A stretch of 64,000 nt of DNA. Source: Eledone cirrhosa. Its lineage: Eukaryota. The stretch covers positions 93,000,001 to 93,064,000 of the forward strand of contig OZ024745.1 of NCBI GenBank assembly GCA_964016885.1, read 5' to 3'. The notes under the pieces were generated by a model. That model ran no database searches, was not told the origin of the DNA, and saw only the letters and a program-made list of their open reading frames with translations. A program made the translations under genes and the position numbers. Positions 12,597-30,500 of this stretch are shown one piece after another (position 1 is the first letter of the stretch; every line of letters starts with the position of its first letter).

Positions 12597-15500
12597 ACAT
12601 ACTACACTAACTACCACACATACTACACTAACTACTGCCACATACTACACAAAGTTCTACCACACATACTACACTGACTACTACCACACATACTACACTA
12701 ATTACTACCACACATACTACACAGACTACTACCACACATACTACACTAAGTACTACCACAAATAATACACTAAATACTACCACACATACTACACTAACTA
12801 CTACCACCCATACTACACTGACTACTACCGCACATACTACACTAAGTACTACAACACATACTACACTGAGTACTACCACACATACTACAGTGAGTACTAC
12901 CACACATACTACACTGACTACTACCACACATACTACACTAACTACTACCACACATACTACACTGACTACTACCACACATACTACACTGACTACTACCACA
13001 CATACTACACTGACTACTACCACACATACTACACTGATTACTACCACACATACTACACTAAATACTACCACACATACTACACTGACTACTACCACACATA
13101 TACTAAGTACTACCACACATACTACACTAACTACTACCACACATACTACACTAACTACTACCACACATACTACACTGACTACTACCACACATACTACACT
13201 GGCTACTACCACATACTACGCGAACTACTACCACACATACTACACTAACTACTGCCACACATACTACACAAAGTTCTATCACACATACTACACTGATTAC
13301 TACCACACATACACTAACTACTACAACACATACTACACTAGCTACTACCACACATACACTAACTACTACCACACATACTACACTAACTAGTACCACACAT
13401 ACTACACTGACTACTACAACACATACTACACTGACTACTACCACACATACTACACTGACTACTACCACACATACTACACTGACTACTACCACAATACTAC
13501 ACTAACTACTACCACAATACTACACTAACTACTACCACACATACTACACTAACTACTACCACATATTCTACACTAGCTACTACCACACATACTACACTGA
13601 CTACTACCACACATACTACACTGACTACTACCACACATACTACACTAACTACTACCACACATACTACACTGACTTCTACCACACATATACTAAGTACTAC
13701 CACACATACTACACTAACTACTACCACACATACTACACTGACTTCTACCACACATATACTAAGTACTACCACACATACTACGCTGACTACTACCACACAT
13801 ACTACACTGATTATTGCCACACATACTACACTAACTACTACCACACATACTACACTAACTAGTACCACACATACTACACTGACTACTACAACACATACTA
13901 CACTGACTACTACCACACATACTACACTGACTACTACCACACATACTACACTGACTACTACCACAATGCTACACTAACTACTACCACACATACTACACTA
14001 ACTACTACCACATATTCTACACTAACTACTACCACACATACTACACTGACTACTACCACACATACTACACTGACTACTACCACACATACTACACTAACTA
14101 CTACCACACATACTACACTGACTTCTACCACACATATACTAAGTACTACCACACATACTACACTAACTACTACCACGCATACTACACTAACTACTACCAC
14201 ACATACTACACTGACTACTACCACACATACTACACTAGCTAATACCACATACTATGCGAACTACTACCACACATACACTAACTACTGCCACACATACTAC
14301 ACTAACTACTACCACACATACTACACTAACTACTACCACATATTCTACACTAACTACTACCACACATACTACACTGACTACTACCACACATACTACACTA
14401 AGTACTACCACACATACTACACTGATTACTACCACACATACACTAACTACTACCACACATACTACACTGATTACTACCACACATACACTAACTACTACCA
14501 CACATACTGCACTGACTACTACCACACATACTACACTGACTACTACCACAAAACTACACTAACTACTACCACACATACTACACTAACTACTACCACATAT
14601 TCTACACTAACTACTACCACACATACTACACTGACTACTACCACACATACTACACTAACTCCTACCACACATACTACACTGACTACTACCACACATACTA
14701 CACTAAGTACTACTACACATACTAAACTAACTACTACAACACATACTACACTAACTACTACCACACATACTACACTGACTACTATCACACATACTACACT
14801 AACGACTACCACACATACTACACTAACTACTACCACTCATACTACACTGACTACTACCACACACTACACTAAGTATAACCAGACATACTACACTAACTAC
14901 TACCACACATACTACACTAACTACTACCACATATACTACACTAAGTACAACCACACATACTACATTAAATACTACCACCCATACTACACTAACTACTACC
15001 ACACATACTAAACTGACTACTACCACACATATACTAAGTACTACCGCACATACTACACTGACTACTACCGCACATACTACACTGACTACTACCACACATA
15101 CTACACTAACTACTACCAAACATACTACACTAACTACTAGCATATATAGTACACTAACTACTACCATACGTACTACACTAACTACTACCACACATACTAC
15201 ACTGACTACTACCACACATACACTAACTACTACCACATATACTACACTAACTACTACGACACATACTACACTAACTACTACCACACATACTACACTGACT
15301 ACTACAACACATACTACACTAAGTACTACCACACATACTAAACTAACTACTACAACACATACTACACTAACTACTACCACACATACTACACTGACTACTA
15401 TCACACATACTACACTAAGTACTACCACACATACTACACGAACTCCTACCACACATACTACACTATGTACTACACGAACTACTACCACACATATTACAGT

Positions 15501-18500
15501 AAGTTCTACCACACATACTACACTGACTACTACCACACATACTACACTGACTACTACCACACGTACTACACTGACTACTATCACACGTGCTACACTAATA
15601 CTACCACACATACTACACTGACTACTACCACACATACTACACTAACGACTACCACACATACTACACTAACTACTACCAATCATACTACACTGACTACTAC
15701 CACACACTACACTGAGTACTACCAGACATACACTAAGTATTACCACACATACTACACTAACTACTACCACATATACTACACTAAGTACAACCACACATAC
15801 TACATTAACTACTACCACACATACTAAACTGACTACTACCACACATAATACACTAAGTACTACCACATATAATACACTAAGTACTACCACATATACTACA
15901 CTAACTACTACCACACATACTACACTGACTACTACCACACATACTAAGTACTACCGCACATACTACACTGACTACTACCGCACATACTGCACTGACTTTT
16001 ACCACACATACTACACTAACTACTACCAGACATACTACACAAACTACTACCACACATGCTACACTGACTACTACCTCACATATACTAAGTACTACTGCAC
16101 ATACTACGCTAACTACTACCACACATACTACACTAACTACTTGCACGTATACTAAACTGAGTACCTTTACACATACTACATTAACTACTACCACACATAC
16201 TACAATAACTACTACCACACATACTACACTGACTAGTACCACACATGCTACATGAAGTACTACCACATATAGTACACTAACTACTACCACACATACTACA
16301 CTAACTGCTAACACACTTACTATACTAAGTACTACAAGACATACTACACTAACTACTACCACACATACTACACTAACTACTACCACACATACTACACTAA
16401 CTACTACCACACATACTACACTAACTACTATCACAAACTACACTAAGTACTATCACACATACTACACTAACTACTACCACATTCTACACTAACTGCTACA
16501 ACATACTACACTGACTCCTACCACACACACTACACTAACTACTACCACACATACTACACTAACTACTACCACACATACTACACTGACTACTACCACACAT
16601 ATACTAAGTACTACCACTCATACAACACTAACTACTACCACACATACTACACTGACTACTACCACACATATACTACACTGACTACTACCACACACATACT
16701 AAGTACTACCGCACATACTACACTGACTACTACCACACATACTACACTAACTACTACCACACATACTACACTACTACCACACATACTACACTGTCTACTA
16801 CCACACGTACTACACTAACTACTACCACATATACTAAACTAAGTACCTCCACACATACTACATTAACTACTACCACACATACTACACTGACTACTACCAC
16901 ACATATATAAGTACTAGCACATATACTACCACACATATTCTAAGTACTACCACTCATACAACACTAACTACTACCACACATACTACACTGACTACTACCA
17001 CACATATACTAAGTACTAGCACATATACTACACTGACTACTACCACACATATACTAAGTACTACCGCACATACAACACTGACTACTACCACACATACTAC
17101 ACTAACTACTACCACACATACTACACTACTACCACACGTACTACACTAACTACTACCACATATACTAAACTAAGTACCTCCACACATACTACATTAACTA
17201 CTACCACACATACTACAATAACTACCACCACACATACTACACTGACTACTACCACACATACTACATGAAGTACTACCACATATAGTACACTAACTACTAC
17301 CACATATACTAAACTAAGTACCTCCACACATACTACATTAACTACTACCAAACATACTACACTAACTACAACCACAAACTACACTAACTACTACCACACA
17401 TACTACACTGACTACTACCACACATATATTAAGTACTATCACACATACTACACTAACTACTACTAAACATTATACTTAGTACAACCACACATGCTACACT
17501 AACTACTACTACACATACTACACTGACTACTACCACACATACTTCATTAACTACTACCACACATACTACACGAACTATTACCACACATACCACACTGACT
17601 ACTACCACACATACTACACTGACTACTACCACACATACTACCACAAATACTACAGTAAGTTCCACCACACATACTAAACTGACTACTACCACACCTACTA
17701 CACTGACTACTACCACACCTACTACACTAAGTACTACCACACATACTACACTAACTACTACAACACATACTACACTAACTACTACAACACATACTACACT
17801 AACTACTACAACACATACTACACTAACTACTACAACACATACTACACTGACTACTACCACACAAATTACATAACTACTACCACACATACTACACTAAGTA
17901 CTACCACACATACTACACTAAGTACTACCACACATTCTACACTAAGTACTACCACACATTCTACACTAAGTACTACCACACATACTACACTACTACCACA
18001 CATACTACACTGACTACTACCACACGTGCTACACTCACTACTACCACATGTACTACACTAACTATTACCACACATACTACACTGACTACTACCTCACATA
18101 TTATACTGAATACTACCACACATATTACACTAACTACTACCACACATACTACACTGACTGCTACAACACATATTATACTAAGTACTAGCTCATATACTGC
18201 ACTGATTACTACCTCACATACTACACAGACTACTACCACACATACTACACTAACTACTACTACACATACTACACTAAGTACTACCACATATACTACACTA
18301 ATTACTTCCACATATACTACACTAATTACTACCACAAGTACTACACTAACTACTACCACACATACTACACTGATTACTACCACACATACTACACTAAGTA
18401 CTACCACACATACTACACTGACTACTACCACACATACTACACTAACTACTGCCACACATATTATACTAAGTACTACCACAAATACTACACTAAACTACCA

Positions 18501-21500
18501 CACATACTACACCAATTACTAACACACATACTAAACTAAGTACTACCACACATATATACTAACTACTACCACATATACTACACTAAGTACTACCACATAT
18601 ACTACACTAACTACTACCACACATACTACACTAACTACTACCACACGTACTACACTGACTACTAGCACACTTTATACTAAGTACTGCCGTACATACTACA
18701 CTGACTAATACCACACATACTACACTAACTACTACTACACATACTACACCGACTACTACCACACATATACTAAGTACTACTACACATACTACATTAACTA
18801 CTACCACACATACTACAATAACTACTACCACACATACTACACTGACTAGTACCACACATGCTACATGAAGTACTACCACATATAGTACACTAACTACTAC
18901 CACACATACTACACTAACTGCTAACACACTTACTATACTAAGTACTACAAGACATACTACACTAACTACTACCACACATACTACACTGACTACTACCACA
19001 CATACTACACTAACTACTACCACACATACTACACTAACTACTATCACAAACTACACTAAGTACTATCACACATACTACACTAACTACTACCACATTCTAC
19101 ACTAACTACTACAACATACTACACTGACTCCTAGCACACACACTACACTAACTACTACCACACATACTACACTAACTACTACCACACATACTAGACTAAC
19201 TACTACCACACATACTACACTGATTACTACCACGCATACTAAAGTAAGTACTACCACACATACTACATATTACATCAACTACTACCACACATACTACACT
19301 GACTACTACCACATATACTACACTAACTACTACCGCACATACTACACTGACTACTACCGCACATACTACACTAAGTACTACCACACATACTACACTAACT
19401 ACTACCACACATACTACACTGACTACTACCACACATATACTAAGTACTACCACTCATACAACACTAACTACTACTAAACATTATACTTAGTACAACCACA
19501 CATGCTACACTAACTACTACTACACATACTACACTGACTACTACCACACATACTTCATTAACTACTACCACACATACTACACGAACTATTACCACACATA
19601 CCACACTGACTACTACCACACATACTACACTGACTACTACCACACATACTACCACAAATACTACAGTAAGTTCCACCACACATACTAAACTGACTACTAC
19701 CACACCTACTACACTGACTACTACCACACCTACTACACTAAGTACTACCACACATACTACACTAACTACTACAACACATACTACACTAACTACTACAACA
19801 CATACTACACTAACTACTACAACACATACTACACTGACTACTACCACACAAATTACATAACTACTACCACACATACTACACTAAGTACTACCACACATAC
19901 TACACTAAGTACTACCACACATTCTACACTAAGTACTACCACACATTCTACACTAAGTACTACCACACATACTACACTACTACCACACATACTACACTGA
20001 CTACTACCACACGTGCTACACTCACTACTACCACATGTACTACACTAACTATTACCACACATACTACACTGACTACTACCTCACATATTATACTGAATAC
20101 TACCACACATATTACACTAACTACTACCACACATACTACACTGACTGCTACAACACATATTATACTAAGTACTAGCTCATATACTGCACTGATTACTACC
20201 TCACATACTACACAGACTACTACCACACATACTACACTAACTACTACTACACATACTACACTAAGTACTACCACATATACTACACTAATTACTTCCACAT
20301 ATACTACACTAATTACTACCACAAGTACTACACTAACTACTACCACACATACTACACTGATTACTACCACACATACTACACTAAGTACTACCACACATAC
20401 TACACTGACTACTACCACACATACTACACTAACTACTGCCACACATATTATACTAAGTACTACCACAAATACTACACTAAACTACCACACATACTACACC
20501 AATTACTAACACACATACTAAACTAAGTACTACCACACATATATACTAACTACTACCACATATACTACACTAAGTACTACCACATATACTACACTAACTA
20601 CTACCACACATACTACACTAACTACTACCACACGTACTACACTGACTACTAGCACACTTTATACTAAGTACTGCCGTACATACTACACTGACTAATACCA
20701 CACATACTACACTAACTACTACTACACATACTACACCGACTACTACCACACATATACTAAGTACTACTACACATACTACATTAACTACTACCACACATAC
20801 TACAATAACTACTACCACACATACTACACTGACTAGTACCACACATGCTACATGAAGTACTACCACATATAGTACACTAACTACTACCACACATACTACA
20901 CTAACTGCTAACACACTTACTATACTAAGTACTACAAGACATACTACACTAACTACTACCACACATACTACACTGACTACTACCACACATACTACACTAA
21001 CTACTACCACACATACTACACTAACTACTATCACAAACTACACTAAGTACTATCACACATACTACAGTAACTACTACCACATTCTACACTAACTACTACA
21101 ACATACTACACTGACTCCTAGCACACACACTACACTAACTACTACCACACATACTACACTAACTACTACCACACATACTAGACTAACTACTACCACACAT
21201 ACTACACTGATTACTACCACGCATACTAAAGTAAGTACTACCACACATACTACATATTACATCAACTACTACCACACATACTACACTGACTACTACCACA
21301 TATACTACACTAACTACTACCGCACATACTACACTGACTACTACCGCACATACTACACTAAGTACTACCACACATACTACACTAACTACTACCACACATA
21401 CTACACTGACTACTACCACACATATACTAAGTACTACCACTCATACAACACTAACTACTACCACACATACTACACTGACTACTACCACACATATACTACA

Positions 21501-24500
21501 CTGACTACTACCACACACATACTAAGTACTACCGCACATACTACACTGACTACTACCACACATACTACACTAACTACTACCACACATACTGCACTACTAC
21601 CACACATACTACACTGTCTACTACCACACGTACTACACTAATTACTACCACATATACTAAACTGAGTACCTCCACACATACTACAATAACTACTACCACA
21701 CATACTACACTGACTACTACCACACATATACTAAGTACTACCACTCATAAAACACTAACTACTACCACACATACTACACTGACTACTACCACACATATAT
21801 TAAGTACTAGCACATATACTACACTGACTACTACCACACATATACTAAGTACTACCGCACATACAACACTGACTACTACCACACATACTACACTAACTAC
21901 TACCACACATACTACACTACTACCACACGTACTACACTAACTACTACCACATATACTAAACTAAGTACCTCCACACATACTACATTAACTACTACCACAC
22001 ATACTACAATAACTACTACCACACATACTACACTGAATACTACACTAACTACTACTAAACATTATACTTAGTACAACCATACATGCTACACTAACTACTA
22101 CCACACATACTACACTAACTACTACCACACAACTACACTAACTGCTACTACACATACTACACTGACTACTACCACACATACTTCATTAACTACTACCACA
22201 CATACTACACTAAGTACTACCACACATACTACACGAACTACTACCACACATACTACACAAACTATTACCACACATACCACACTGACTACTACCACACATA
22301 CTACACTGACTACTACCACACATACTACCACAAATACTACAGTAAGTTCCACCACACATACTACACTGACTACTACCACACCTACTACACTGACTACTAC
22401 CACACCTACTACACTAAGTACTACCACACATACTACACTAACTACTACAACGCATACTACACTAACTACTACAACACATACTACACTAACTACTACCACA
22501 CATACTACACTGACTACTACCACACAAATTACATAACTACTACCACACATACTACACTAAGTACTACCACACATACTACACTAAGTACTACCACACATTC
22601 TACACTAAGTACTACCACACATACTACACTACTACCACACATACTACACTGACTACTACCACACGTGCTACACTCACTACTACCACATGTACTACACTAA
22701 CTATTACCACACATACTCCACTGACTACTACCTCACATATTATACTGAATACTACCACACATATTACACTAAGTACTACCACACATACTACACTGACTGC
22801 TACAACACATATTATACTAAGTACTAGCTCATATACTGCACTGATTACTACCACACATACTACACAGACTACTACCACACATACTACACTAACTACTACT
22901 ACACATACTACACTAAGTACTACCACATATACTACACTAATTACTACCACAAATACTACACTAACTACTACCAACATACTACACTGACTACTACCACACA
23001 TACTACACTATCTACTACCACACATACTACACTGACTACTACCACACATACTACACTAACTACTACCACACATATTATACTAAGTACTACCACACATATT
23101 ATACTAAGTACTACCACAAATACTACACTAAACTACCACACATACTACACCAATTACTACCACACATACTACAGTAAGTACTACCACACATACTTCACCA
23201 ACTACTACCACACATACTACACTAACTACTACCACACATACTACACTAACTACTACCACTCATACTACACTGACTACTACCACACACTACACTAAGTACT
23301 ACCACACATAGGACACTAACTATTACCTCACATACTACACTAGCTACTACCACATATACTACACTAAGTACAACCACACATGCTGCATTAACTACTACCA
23401 CACATACTACATTAACTACTACAAGACATTCTAAACTAACTACTACCACACATACTGCACTAACTACTACCACACATACTGCACTAACTACTACCACACA
23501 TACTACACTAACTACTACCACACATACTACACTAACTACTACCACACATACTACACTAACTACTTCCACATATAGTATATTAACTATTACCACACATACT
23601 ACACTAACTACTACCACACATACTACACTAACTACTACCACACATACTACGCTGACTACTACCTCACACTACACTAAGTACTAACACATACTACACTAAG
23701 TACTAACACACATACTACACTAACTACTACCACACATGCTAAACTAACTACTACCACACATACTACACTAACTACTACCACACATATACTAAGTACTACC
23801 ACATATACTACACTAAGTACTACCACATATACTACACTAACTACTACCACACATACTACACTAACTACTACCACACGTACTACACTGACTACTACCACAC
23901 ATTATACTAAGTACTACCGTACATACTACAATGACTAATACCACACATACTACACTAACTACTACCACACATACTACACCGACTACTACCACACATATAC
24001 TAAGTACTACTGCACATACTACACTGACTACTACCACACGTACTACACTAACTACTACCACACATACTACACTGACTACTACCACACATACACTAACTAC
24101 TAGCACATATAGTACACTAACTACTACCATACGTACTACGCTAACTACTACCGCACATACTACACTGACTAATACCACACATACTAGACTAAGTACTACC
24201 ACACATACTACACTACTACCACACATACACTGACTACTACCACACATATACTAAGTACTAGCACATATACTACACTGACTACTACAACACATAGTATACT
24301 AAGTACTACCACACATACTACACTAACTACTACCCCACATACTACACTAAATACTACCACATATACTACACTGACTACTACCACACATACTACACTGAGT
24401 ACTCCCACACATACTACACTGACTATTACTACACATACTACAGTGACTACTACCACACATACTACACTAAGTACTACCACACATACTACACTAACTACTA

Positions 24501-27500
24501 CCACACATACTGCACTAACTACTACCGCACATACTACACTGACTACTACCACACATACTACACTAACTACTACCACACTTACTACTATAACTACTACCAC
24601 ACATACTACACTAACTAACACACATTCTACACTGACTACTACCACACATACTAAATACTACCACACATACAACACTAACTACTACCACACATATACTAAG
24701 TACTACCACACATACTACACTAACTTGTACCCCACATACTACACTAACTAGTACCCCACATACTACACTAACTACTACTCCACATACTACACTAACTACT
24801 ACCACACATACTACACTGACTACTACCACACATACTACACTAACTACTACCACACATACTACACTGACTACTACCACACATACTACACTAAGTACTACAA
24901 CACATACTACACTAACTACTACCACATACTACCCTGACTACTACCACATATTATACTAAGTACTACCACACATATACTAAGTACTAGCACATATACTACA
25001 CTGACTACTACCACATATACTACACTAAATACTACCACATATACTACACTAACTACTTCTGCACGTACTACACTAATACCACACATACTACACTAATACC
25101 ACACATACTACACTAACTCCTACCACACATACTACACTAAGTACTACCACACATACTACACTAACCACTACCGCACATACTACACTAACTACTACCACAC
25201 ATACTACATTAACTACTACCACACTTAATACTATAACTACTACCACACATACTACACTGACTACTACCCCACATACTACATGAAGTACTACCATATTTAG
25301 TACACTAACTATTACCTCACATACTACACTAGCTACTACCACATATACTACATTAAGTACAACCACACATGCTGCATTAACTACTACCACACATACTACA
25401 TTAACTACTACAACACATTCTAAACTAACTACTACCACACATACTGCACTAACTACTACCACACATTCTGCACTAACTACTACCACACATACTACACTAA
25501 CTACTACCACACATACTACACTAACTACTACCACATATAGTACATTAACTATTACCACACATACTACACTAACTACTACCACACATACTACACTAACTAC
25601 TACCACACATACTACACTAACTACTACCATACATACTACGCTGACTACTACCTCACACTACACTAAGTACAAACACATACTACACTAAGTACTAACACAC
25701 ATACTACACTAACTACTACCACACATGCTAAACTAGCTACTACCACACATACTACACTAACTACTACCACACATATACTAAGTACTACCACAAATACTAC
25801 ACTAAACTACCACACATACTACACCAATTACTAACACACATACTACACTAACTTCTACCACACATATATACTAACTACTACCACATATACTACACTAAGT
25901 ACTACCACATATACTACACTAACTACTACCACACATACTACACTAACTACTACCACACATACTACACTAACTACTACCACACGTACTACACTGACTACTA
26001 CCACACATTATACTAAGTACTACCGTACATACTACACTGACTAATACCACACATACTACACTAACTACTACCACACATACTACACCGACTACTGTCACAC
26101 ATATTATACTAAGTACTACTGCACATACTACACTGACTACTACCACACATACTACACTAACTACTACCACATATACTACACTGACTACTACCACACATAC
26201 ACTAACTACTAGCACATATAGTACACTAACTACTATCATACGTACTACGCTAACTACTACCACACATACTACACTACTACCACACATACACTGACTACTA
26301 CCACACATATACTAAGTACTAGCACATATACTACACTGACTACTACAACACATAGTATACTAAGTACTACCACACATACTACACTAACTACTACCCCACA
26401 TACTACACTAAATACTACTACATATACTACAGACTACTACCACACATACTACACTGAGTACTACCACACATACTACACTGACTATTACTACACATACTAC
26501 AGTGACTACTACCACAATACTACACTAAGTACTACCACTCATACTACACTAACTACTACCACACATACTACACTAACTACTACCACACTTACTACTATAA
26601 CTACTACCACACATACTACACTAACTAACACACATACTACACTGAGTACTACCACACGTACTACACTCACTACTACCACACGTACTACACTCACTACTAC
26701 CACATGTACTACACTAACTACTACCACACATACTACACAGACTACTACCACACATAGTATACTCAGTACTACCACACATACTACACTGACTACTACCACA
26801 TAGTGTAGTATGTGTGGTAGTACTTAGTATACTAACTACTACTCCACATATGACACTAACTACTACCACACATACTACACTGACTACTACCACACATATT
26901 ATACTAAGTACTACCGCACATACTACACTGACTACTACCACACATACTACACTAAGTAGTACCACACATACTACACTAAGTACTACCAAACATACTACAC
27001 TGACTACTACCACACATACTACACTAAGTACTACAACACATACTACACTAACTACTACCACATACTACCCTGACTACTACCACATATTATACTAAGTACT
27101 ACCACACATATACTAAGTACTAGCACATACTACACTGACTACTACCGCATATACTACACTAAATACTACCACATATACTACACTAACTACTACCGCACGT
27201 ACTACACTGACTACTACCACACATACTACATTAACTACTACCACACTTACTACTATAACTACTACCACACATACTACACTGACTACTACCCCACATACTA
27301 CATGAAGTACTACAATATTTGGTACACTAACTACTACCACACATACTATACTAAGTACTACAACATATACTACACTAACTACTACCACACATACTACACT
27401 ACTACCACACATACTACACTGTCTACTACCACATTGACTAAACTAAGTACCTCCACACATACTACATTAACTACTACCACACATACTGCAATAACTACTA

Positions 27501-30500
27501 CCACACATACTACACTGACTACTACCACACATACTACATGAAGTACTACCACATATAGTACACTAACTACTACCACACGTATTACACTAACTACTACCAC
27601 ACATACTATACTAAGTACTACAACACATACTACACTATGTACTACCACACATACTACACTAACTACTACCACATATACTACACTAACTACTACCACACAC
27701 TACACTGTCTACTACCACTCATACTACACTAACTACTACCACACCTGCTACACTGACTACTAACACACATATACTAAGTACTATCACACATACTACACTA
27801 ACTACTACACTAAGTACTACCACACATACTACACGAAATACTACCACACATAATACAGTAAGTTCCACCACACATACTACACTAACTACTACCACACATA
27901 CCACACCAACTACTACAACACATACTACACTCCTACTACAACACATACTACACTGTCTACTACCACATATGCTAAACTAAGTACCTCCACACATACTACA
28001 TTAACTACTACCACACATACTACAATATCTACTACCACACATACTACAATAACTACTACCACACATACTACATGAAGTACTACCACATATAGTACACTAA
28101 CTACTACCACACATATTACACTAACTACTACCACACTTACTACACTGTCTACTACCACACATACTACACTAACTACTATCACACACATACTAAGTACTAC
28201 CACACATACTACACTAACTACTACCACACGTACTACACTAAGTACTACCACACATACTACACTTACTACTACCACACATACTACACTGACTACTACCACA
28301 CATACTACACTAACTACTACAACACATACTACACTCCTACTACAACACATACTACACTAACTACTACTACACATACTAAACTGTCTACTACCGCACATAC
28401 TACACTAACTACTACCACACATACTACACTAAGTACTACCACACATACTACAATACTACCACATATATTACACTGACTACTACCACACATACTACACTGA
28501 CTACTACCACACGTACTACACTCACTACTACCACACGTACTACACTCACTATTACCACACGTACTACACTTACTACTACCACACATACTACGCTGACTAC
28601 TACCACATATACTAAATACTACCACACATACTACACTAACTACCACCACACATACTACACTGACTGCTACCACACATATACTAAGTAATAGCACATATAC
28701 TACACTGATTACTACCACACATACTACACAGACTACTACCACATAGTATACTAAGTACTACCACACATACCACACTGACTACTACCACATAGTGTAGTAT
28801 GTGTGGTAGTACTTAGTATACTAACTACTACCACACATACTACACTAACTACTACCACAAATACTACACTAACTACTGCCACACATACTACACTGACTAC
28901 TACCACACATATTATACTAAGTACTACCGCACATACTATACTGACTACTACCACACATACTACACTAACTACTACTACACATACTACACTAAGTACTACC
29001 ACATATACTGCACGAACTACTACCACACATACTACACTAACTACTACCACATATACTAAACTAACTACCTCCATACAGACATTAACTACGACCACATATA
29101 CTACACTAACTACTACCACACATACTACACTAACTACTACCACACATATTATACTATGTACTACCACAAATACTACAGAAATTACTACCACACATACTAC
29201 ACTAAACTACCACACATACTACAGCAATTACTACCACACATACTACACTAAGTACTACCACACATACTACACCAACTACTACCCCACATACTACACTAAC
29301 TACTACCACACATACTACACTAACCACTACCACACATACTACACTAAGTACTACCACACATACTACACTAACTACTACCACACATACTACACTGACTACT
29401 ACCACACAAACTACACTAACAACAACCGCACATACTACACTGACTATTCCCACATACTACACTGACTACTACCACACATATACTAAGTACTACCACACAT
29501 ACTACACTAACTTCTACCACACATACTATACTAAGTACTACAACACATACTACACTATGTACTACCACACATACTACACTAACTACTACCACATATACTA
29601 CACTAACTAACTACCACACATACTACACTGTCTACTACCAGTCATACTACACTAACTACTACCACACATACTACACTGACTACTACCACACATATACTAA
29701 GTAATTTCACACATACTACACTAACTACTACCACATACTACTACACTAAGTACTACCACACATACTATACGAACTACTACCACACATACTACAGTAAGTT
29801 CCACCACACATACTACACTAACTACTACCACACATACACTTACTACTACCAGACATACTACACTGACTATTACCACACATACTACACTAACTACTACCAT
29901 ACATACTACACTAACTACTACCACACATACTACACTAACTACTACCACACCTACTACACTAACTACTACCACACATACTACACTGACTACTACCACACAT
30001 ACTACACTGACTACTACCACACACATACTAAGTACTACCACACATACTACACTAACTACTACCACACATACTACCCTGAATACTACCACACATATTATAC
30101 TAAGTACTACCACACATTTACTAAGTACTAGCACATATACTACACTGACTACTACCACACATAGTATACTAAGTACGACCACACATATTACACTAACTAC
30201 TACCCCACATACTACACTAACTACAACACATACTACACTGACTACTACCACATATACTACACTAACTACTACCACATATACTACACTAACTACTACTACA
30301 TATACTACACTAACTACTACCACACATACTACACTGACTACTACCACACATTATACTAAGTACTACCGCACATACTACACTGACTACTACCACACATACT
30401 ACACTACTATCACACATACTACACAAACTACTACCACACATACTACACTAAGTACTACCACACACACTACACTAACTACTACCACAGATACTACACTAAC

